From positions 7,192,001 through 7,256,000 of the forward strand of contig CM114271.1 in the NCBI GenBank assembly GCA_050084515.1: a stretch of 64,000 nucleotides of DNA, read 5' to 3'. Origin of the DNA: Blasia pusilla. Lineage: Eukaryota. The translations under genes and the position numbers were made by a program. The notes below the pieces were generated by a model. The model worked only from the letters and a program-made list of their open reading frames with translations. It was not told where the DNA came from and made no database searches. Positions 55,631 to 64,000 of the stretch are shown piece by piece (position 1 is the first letter of the stretch; each line of letters starts with the position of its first letter).

Positions 55631-58600
55631 ATATCACACCATGTATCAAACTCCTGCATGAAGTCCTCCAACTCAATGGTGCCCATTGCACCCGAGTATC
55701 GTCATGGGCCCTTCATGGCCCCATATATCCCGTCCATGTCCCAAATCAATGGAGTTGCAACACTCGATAACAACGTAGAAGACTCGGTGTTTGAAACACC
55801 CTTGTCCTCCTCTTCATCAACCTTCGGAAGTGGAAAAGGTAGCCGATACCTCAATCCACTCCGTGTGAAACCACCACTGTACGCACCTCGGTCCCCAACC
55901 AGACCACCAAAGAACTCCGTGATGACCAACGCCGATGCCGCACCATCACCAAATTACCATCACTAAGTAACCAAGTGACATCGATGTCGCTGTACTATTC
56001 TAGCTCTACAAGCTATGGGTGTAGGCAACCTAACCCGTCAGCACCACAAGAAGCCTCCCATGGTCTACTCATCATCACTCCAGCCTCACTACCGGTAGCA
56101 CATAGGAGTAACACTACTCTGGAAATCAGCGTCAACCCTAACGATGGGCGCGCAAGCAAGAAGCAACGATGGAGGGGATCCAAACAGAGGAAGTCCAAAG
56201 AAAACCCTCCAATCTCAAATGGAAATCAAGGTAACACAATCCACCAAACGTGGCGCCCTGAATCCACAAAACCCACCACACAATTCTAACGCAATAGCTA
56301 CTCCGCCGCGGGTCGATGACGTGCTAGTCGGACTCGCCACACCTAAAAATATCACCTGCATGGAGAGGCTACATCGTACTATGCGCTAGAGGTCCATCAA
56401 CCAAAAAACTTGAGATGCATAAAGTGCCTAACACATCTCCGAACATCACCAAATGAGCTACACCAGTGTGTACACTGGCATAGTTAAGAACTCAGCAGTT
56501 AAGTGTCTTCCAGGCATAATAGCCCAAAGATGGATGACCAATTATGCAACATTCAAATCACAAATCCTGTAAAATTGCCTCACGCCCAAGCAAGCAAGCT
56601 TGCTTGCTTGCTCCTTGCTCCTTACTCCGCCTCTCACGCCCACTCGCCCCGAGCTACCACGAGTTGCCTCGAAGCCTCGAAATGCTTGAGACATGAACCC
56701 TATCACCCCGTTCGCCATGCTTTGCTATGGAGAGAGGCCCAACCAGGGCGCCACCAACGGGATAGGCGTCTCCAACAACGAACGAGTCACCAACCAACCA
56801 GCCCCTCCGATCCGCTATCCACCATAGCGGACCTTGAGCTAGTTTGCGAAAATTTTGATCAGCAATTACTCCACAAATCCTTGACCAAAATTGAATCTAT
56901 TTAAACCAGAATTCATTTGACCACCATAGCTATCTCTCCACAAAAAATCAGCTAACATCAAGCTCTGTACTCCGAGCTAAAAATCAGACAAACTTGTTGT
57001 CCATACACCTCAAGAATCGCAAATCCGACAGCGCTTCCGCCCAGATTCATGCACGCAGAAATCCGCAACGCTCCACACACTCAAGAAGATAGCTTCACTT
57101 GAGATCACAATACAAGTAGCAACAGGAACCTCTCACCCGATCTGGATGAACTTCAACAGAGCTTCCGCATTCCAAGCTCTCCACATTAGAAAACTGTCGA
57201 ACACGAACCAGAATCTTCAATCTTTGATAACTTCCAACTCCCTTGACGAAATCCGGAAATCTAAAGCGCGTTGGAAAGCTCTGAGCAAGACGCTTCTTTT
57301 TCAACCAACCACGCACCAGATTCCTACCTCCAATATAGGCCACAAGCCACAAACATCCATGGCTGAGTACACAATCAGCCCTAACTAGATCCTACTAATC
57401 CACAATCCAAGCTACCATCGATCTACTCGATGTATGAAACTGCATCTCTACCTAGACACTACGGTCCTACATAAGGTATGGCCTCTACTAGCACACTATA
57501 CTCTACGACATAATCCGTATGGTCATGACACTTGACTTTCATTCTATGCCCTCTAATGCCATGATGTATACATTGATATAATATTTAATGTGACGTAGCT
57601 ATCGTAGTTGAATGGATGTATGTTGTATGATGATGTGTATACGCATGACATATTGATTTTTTTTACAAGATTATAGCATTTGAGCAATGAGAATAATTAT
57701 TTTAAAGCATAACTCAAAATAAAACTATAACATCCTGTACCAAATCCCGAGGTGTCAAAGGAATACCATACCAAGTGACATAAAATCCAAAGGTAGTGAC
57801 CCGGAAAAAGCGCCCACTCGGCGCTCCAACAAATGAAATTTGGTTGGAGTGACACCGATTCTTGGGATATCTAAAATACATCGGATCCATAGGAACTTAG
57901 GAAGCAAAACAGATCCATCCTGGTGTAATCCTTGACTATGCAAATAAGGTTCTTACAAGAGTTATTTTTTCATAGTTGGAAACTAAGACAACAACTAGAG
58001 AAGTCCAACTCATAAATGGATTACTAAATAGGTGTTTGTATGAAAGAGTAAGGGGGATCACACTCAAAGGAGTAGCGCTTCAACAACTAGCAAAGCCACT
58101 ACCACCACAAGAGACACAAGAAGATAAGAAGAAAGAGGATATATAGGTACAAAAAGATAGACAAGAAAATAATTTACTACTCTTCGAAGTCCATGTGAGA
58201 GAGCATCTAAGTGTAACCAAAGAGATTTGAAGTAAATTAGGAATACCCTCGTGAGACATGAGAGGAAAAAATTAGTGGTGGCCAAAATTATATCAATGGG
58301 TTCGGATACTCCAGATGATCTCTATGGAGGAAAATGGATGTGGTGAGGAGCAAGGCTACCATATTTTTCAATGGTTATTTGATAACATACTAATATATTG
58401 TGTGAATAATTTGTTATAAGTGAAGTGATTGGGTATGTACAATCACTTCACTAATAACGGTTTTTTTTAACAAAATTTCCACATAGGATGGTATGATTTC
58501 CAAATATTTCCACTCTTCTTTGCTCGCTTTCAGAGAATGCTACCCTCAACATTCTTTGAAAAAAAAGACGATAGAAGAAGATGTCGTGGCCTAGGCAAGT

Positions 58601-58915
58601 ATGAGTTCTAGAGGGAAGAGATCGGAATCAGAAGAAGATAGGAACAACTTTGTTGTTAGCTTGGCTTGAGATGTACAATAATTAAAAATTCTTGCGCCCG
58701 TAGAAGAGGAAACATTTTCTTGCTATCCGATAATCACATATCAAGCAAAGAGGTGTTTGCAAATCAAGAAGGTACTCTCCAATAACAAAATAGATGAGAT
58801 CATCTTGATATTACCTTTCACAAGCACTATGGCACCCCTTAGCCCACAATTGGTGAGGGGTGATTGAGTTTGGACCGAGAAAGGGGCCAATCCAGTGGAA
58901 ACTTAGTTTCTCCCA

Positions 58916-59150
58916 TCTATACTATTATTTGAGGAGGGGTGTACTCTAGGACTCTCCTATGGCAACACCTCTGGAATACAACACGTATTTCTCCTGCAGG
59001 GCATTTTAAATACGGGGCAGGTTCAACACAAAAGGTTAAGGCACATTCAAAGGGGGCCGTATACAAGAGAGGGCGTATACAAGAGGACCGTGCGCACAAG
59101 GAGGGCCGTATACTAGAGAGGACCGTGCATGGCACGGTCACGAGCACTAA
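58916..59150 (+). mobile_element. Small non-autonomous Helitron
   Basis: A|TCTATACTATTA 5' end; hairpin GACCGTGC-ATG-GCACGGTC (59121-59139); CTAA|T 3' end (CTRR); no TSD. Confidence 0.7.
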
Positions 59151-59640
59151 TTAGTATACATTCTCGTGGAAAAAGGCCTTCTTCATTTGCAAACACTTTT
59201 CTCTTTGACAAGTGGTAACTGGATAATAAAAGAATATTTTACATGTTACAAGAAATTTTTTTGGAATTTGTAATCAACATAATTAATCTATTTTCTTCAC
59301 TGAAATTAACTCTTAGACACTTTTTTATTTGCTTACCTTACTAATTATTCCAGAAAACCAGTGTATGATAATAACAAGCCCAATAGTTTCTCTTTGTCTC
59401 ACTTGCTGGGAGGGATCGCATTACAAGGGTGCGCGTTTCGTTTCGCTGCATATGCCACTTGTTTCTGCTTGTCTCTCCTGCTGGGTGAGGTCGATCGCTG
59501 CATGTGCACCTTGTTCGAGTGCTGCTGGGACTGAATTGTGGACAAGGGTGGGGAGGGGAATGCAACGCCGAGGTTTTAGTTTGTGTGTCTTCTTTCCGCT
59601 TCGAAAGAATGGACTGATACTATCTGGATCCTGAAGCAGA

Positions 59641-62600
59641 ATGGGGTGGAGATGGGGAGTGCCCATGGTGGGCAGAGCTGGGAGGGCGCAGCGATGGCGT
59701 AGGCCCTCCGACCTCAAGGCAGTTTTGCTCCGATATGTATACACCGGCAGCAGTGATGTCGACGAGGGTCCAGGAAAGGTGGAGCTGTGGACGTGGGGCA
59801 AAGGCGAAGTGGGGCAATTGGGCCTGGGTGATGAGGAAACCCGACGATCTCCTGCCCTCGTGAGATCACTTGCGTTTCCGCACTCCGCCGGCCTTGCTTC
59901 CGGGCACGGACGATTGGGCGGCGGCGCTGTTGTGGCATCGGAAGCCGAGGATCCAGAATTGCGAAGCTCGAGAGGAAGCGAGCAGCGATCGGAAGCGCAG
60001 TCCAGATTGATGCACAGTCCGTGCGGAGGACTGGAGCATACGGTGGGCATTGCGTGCGGGTTATTCCACTCCGGCTTATGGTCGGCTGGCAAGCTGTGGC
60101 TGTGGGGTAAAGGTGGGGGTGGTCGCTTGGGTTTGGGCTCAGAGGACCCTTACTATACTCCTACTCTCTTGCCGAGCTTGACGGACGTGAAGAGCTTGGC
60201 TCTCGGGGGCTTGCATTCCGCTGCAATTACGAATGGAGGATCACTCTATACCTGGTATCACCCTCCTCACCCCTTTTGCCAATCGCACTGTATTGGGCCG
60301 CCTGTGGGTTTCTCGCTGATTAGCAATGCATTTCTTGGATTTCAGACACCTTTGGAGACCCTCGGTGGAGAGCGGGTGTAGCAAATACGTCATTTGAAAT
60401 GTGCGGGTCATTAGTGTTATTATTAATGCCATTATTTACAGTAGGACATTATTTTTCGAACACCACCATTGTTTTACAAGTGCCATTCGAGCAGGCAGCA
60501 AGTTCTTTGGTCATCCGGGAGAAGGAGTATGATCGTACAATAAAGTGTAGTGGAACCAATGGATTGTAAAGAGTAGTTCTTCCAGGATTTGTTAATAATG
60601 GCATTGAATTTACGGTTGGATACTAATGGTTGTTATTAGCTTGCTTTAGGTGTAGGCCTCTTAATTGCACACTCTCCAAAGGTTTCGGATTTCTTTTATA
60701 ACTTGCAAGAAATTGGCCGAGAAGCTTGAGATAGTGAACCCTTCTGCCGTGTGTCAAACATTTGCGAATTAGGATGGTCGTTATCCCATTTGTAAATAAT
60801 AGTGTTCATTATTCTTGAATTCGAAGGGTCTGACTTACTATGTTTGGACTCACTTGTATGGTTTATGATCTTCGTCTTCCCTTTGACAAGGTTTTCAGGG
60901 GTTTCGGAAGTTTTGGTGCTCTGGGTCATGGCAGCTACTCAAAAGAACTGGTCCCAAGAAAGTTAGTTGGCGAGGAGTGGATGGACAATGTCACTTATGT
61001 GGCGGCAGGAGGATCACACACGGCAGCTATTTCCTCTTCAGGTGTTCTTCCTTTATCCAGAGGAAGTGATCCCCATGCTGTTCTATGGTTTTGAGTGCCC
61101 TGGTTTTCAGTGAGGGTTGTTGGATGCTGTTAAAGACTTTACAGAAGGAAGTCCAGAAAGACTTTCTTTGTGTTGATTAACTTTTATCACAGGATACCTT
61201 GTGGTACGAGTCATGCAGCTTCAATTTAGGAACTTGGTAGGAATGTCATGGCAAAGATTTCTGTGAAATGAAGTGATTTCTCAAGGGAAAATTGAAGATG
61301 ACGGTGTTTCTTTGGCAAGCAGGGGATTTGTACACATGGGGACGAGATGAAGGAGAGGGTAGGTTGGGACATGGAGCAGCCGTTGTCACCGATGAAGGAG
61401 CCGTCTCAAATCCAGTGAAGGTGCAAGCATTGCTTACACCAGTAGCTGCTGTTGCTTGTGGTGGCTTTTCGACCATGGCTTTGACCTCTGGGGGACAGCT
61501 GTGGAGCTGGGGAGGTAATCCAAATTTTCTCTCAATTTCGCACACAGAAATTTTTGGACCTTTGAGTAAAGCATGGCCCAAAGAGTAATTTTAAGTTGTT
61601 GAGGAATGGCAGTATCAACATTCAGAGTTGCATTTTCCACTGCAACTCTGAAAAGCATTGTGCCAAACTTTTTGTCTGCAACAGGGCGACCAGATTAATG
61701 CGAAAGGTTGTTGTATGAACTTTCAATTTCAGGGAATAGTAATTATGAGCTGGGAAGAGGCAACCGACGAGATGACTGGAGACCAAAGCCTATCCCAGAA
61801 CTTGAAAGCAGTCGTATCATTCAAGTGGCGTGTGGTGGATATCATGCTGCAGCTCTTACTGGTACCCTCTTCCACATTCTCCTCATGAGTAGGGTGAGAT
61901 TCACCAAGTCCTTGAAAATAAATCTTAGCATTATGCCCATTCGAAATTGTCATTGTGTTGCTGGGCTAACAAGGATTCAATGGCCTGAGGTTTTGTCTAA
62001 TGGAGCAATTTATGACACTGGTCATTAAATCTGACTCTTTACAGAATATTTTTGTCTGGTACTTTCTCATAACATTTGTCAAACTCCTGCTGTGTACAAA
62101 ACCTTTCCATGTCAAGATCCATGACATCCTCGATTGGGACTCATGCCTCGCAGAAGACGGAAATGTTCTGACATGGGGTCATGGAGGCCACGGGCAGCTA
62201 GGACATGGATCTCTCGATAATGGCAAAGTGCCATGTGTTGTTGAAAGTCTGATGGATGAAAGAGTTGTGTCAATAGCTTGTGGTGGTTCATGGACTGCTT
62301 GTGTCACTGGTGAGTTGAATCTCAGCTCCTGCCTAGATCCTTGTTGCTGAAGAAACCTTCATACTAAGAGCAATGAGAGAATCAGTAAACACGATTTCAA
62401 TTATTTTTGGCCCGTATGTATCTCAAATGTTTAGCTTACACGTCTTGTGGAGTTGGTGATTTCACTCATTCCTGGTTAGTTGTGGTCTGGTTGCGTTACT
62501 CCTTGAGACAACCTCGTAGTTTTTTGACAGCCTTTTCCCATCCGCCTTTTATTTATGTTTGCTGTTACTCTCTGATGTGACATGTGGAACAAGCTTGCTT

Positions 62601-63043
62601 CAAGTTACTCATCTCTTCGGCATCCAGTGTTTCTCCACACAATACTTTGCTTCTTCCAATTGTTGAGCAGAGACATGGAAAATATTCAATGTCTACTTTA
62701 AAAGCTTGTGTGGTGATCCTAAATTGTCAGCTGCTGGTTCCACATGCAATATATGAGTAAATTTCAATAGGGTTTGACAGCAAGTGCAGTCACAGGGGTG
62801 TACCTTCATTGCCATGGTTGCTGAAATCTCATTTTCGTGACGGCTCATGTTGCAGCTACGGGGAAAATGTACACTTGGGGCAAGAACCGTGACAGTCAGC
62901 TAGGTGTTCCCAGTCTCATGGATACGCAGATGACCCCTGTGTCCGTCACGTTCGGAGGAGAAGACCAGGGACATGTAATTGGTGTTGCTGCAGGGGCCAC
63001 GCATGGCATGTGTTTAGTCCGCAAATCAGAGCTAGAGAAATAA
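59641..63043 (+). CDS. RCC1-repeat family protein, ~473 aa, 6 exons; possible organellar N-terminal extension
   Basis: Exons 59641-60254, 60899-61041, 61323-61514, 61733-61861, 62154-62309 and 62856-63043, all GT-AG and in frame. Repeated motifs LWTWGKGEVGQLGLG, IACGLFHS, LYTWGRDEGEGRLG, VLTWGHGGHGQLG, MYTWGKNRDSQLG. Confidence 0.92.
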
Positions 63044-64000
63044 ACAGTGCTTGTGAACCAAATATTGGTTTTTTTTTTTTTGCATTTATCTTGGATCCTT
63101 GTCAACAAAAGCTTCCTCTCAAGCCCTAATTGGCCATGGGGGTTGTGAAGCTCCAAATGGAAAGGTAGTCCTGGGTACGACCAGGGGATCATGACGGAAC
63201 AATCGAGTTCCACCTTTCGGTGTAACCCAAAACTGCTTCACAGCTGCAACTTAGGTAGATTTGAATGGGAATTTCCTAGCCCATACTTTTGTGAGCTCTT
63301 CAAGAAAGTTCTTATAAGCTTACTTTGCAGGTTTCTAAGGACCTACATGCGTATCTTGGAATCGTGCAAATTGGAACACCAACACGAAAGCCACTACGGA
63401 CTCAAGGACAACCGCTTGGAAATTGCCAATATTGAACTCTAGTGGCACCTGGGCACTAGAGTCCATAGGGGCACTAGAGTCCATAAGTTGTTTATTTGTC
63501 AGATACTCAACTCACAATTGTGTGCTTTCAGACTCTACTTTATATAAACTTGTAGAGACAGAAGCTTAACATGAAGCATGATTCCCATCAAAAGGCCTCG
63601 AATTCCGATTGGAGGGTTCTTCTGTGGGGTCCTTGGCTTTCAAAATTTTGAAAGTGTTATTTGAAATCAATTTCAAGTAATTACATTGATTCAAAATGGT
63701 CACATTGTTAGTTGAAAGGGCCAAAAGAAGAGTCTTAAAAAAGAAGGGGTAGTCTTCAGGAATCCATCTTACCAATGGGTGGCAAAACAATTTTGTTGAG
63801 TGAAATGCTTTGGGAATTAAAAGAAAAATGATTTGATTAATGAAAATTTAAGTTTCTATTAATGTTTTTTTTAGGTGGGAAGAGTAGAAGGTGAGGAGTA
63901 GGCTTTGTTTTAAGTTTTCATGGAAGGGTGGAAGTGTTTGAAGGAGTGGGATCTATCTAATAATTGGCTACCACATATGCACAATAGGACAAGATGGCGG

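Larger units (their letters stand above)
47270..57568 (-). mobile_element. Ty3/gypsy LTR retrotransposon carrying a C5 DNA methyltransferase and a PHD finger (decayed)
   Basis: Minus-strand order: PBS-like TGGCATTAGAG (57551-57561), gag (LEDFMQEFDTWCD/MQMLRN; knuckle CDHCGRLGHPRERC), protease-like ILLNSGAQ, C5-MTase, RT (RMCGDYRPIN, FSTLDLQAGYHQ, YIDD), RNase H (TDWS, YEGECLAIVWA, TDHQPL), integrase (HEELGHFG..CMVC, SVDFAGP, LTDQGTEF), PHD, PPT 47543-47558, 3' LTR from TGTGG at 47542 (left end ~47270 uncertain). 5' LTR not recognisable. Confidence 0.92.

Noticed and set aside
57562-57850. 5' LTR of the MTase-gypsy element
   Set aside because: Beyond a few bases it does not match the 3' LTR at 47270-47542; apparently lost or replaced, so no TSD or LTR age can be given.
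59641-63043. UVR8 photoreceptor
   Set aside because: RCC1 repeats lack the GWRHT motifs of UVR8; left as a generic RCC1-family protein.

Overview
Eukaryotic, land-plant-type DNA; a bryophyte such as a liverwort is an inference from element types and gene structure. Two intact spliced host genes lie head-to-head: peroxisomal sterol carrier protein 2 (SCP2; - strand, 4 exons, C-terminal SKL, one GC-AG intron) and an RCC1-repeat gene (+ strand, 6 exons). Between them is the most unusual feature: a decayed ~10 kb Ty3/gypsy retrotransposon whose polyprotein region carries a complete DNMT3/DRM-like cytosine-5 DNA methyltransferase between protease and RT, plus a PHD finger after the integrase. Its gag is interrupted by a 1018-bp solo-LTR-like insert. 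The left half is a transposon graveyard: three copies of one Ty1/copia family with TA...CA LTR ends (one nested in another's LTR), a CRE-like non-LTR element with a restriction-like endonuclease, five hAT-type MITEs with 8-bp TSDs (one nested) and small Helitrons (one in tandem). The centre holds a candidate miRNA-like hairpin in a CpG-rich non-coding region and a scrambled array of duplicated 3' exon/intron fragments of an unidentified gene. All coordinates were read by eye and no searches were run.
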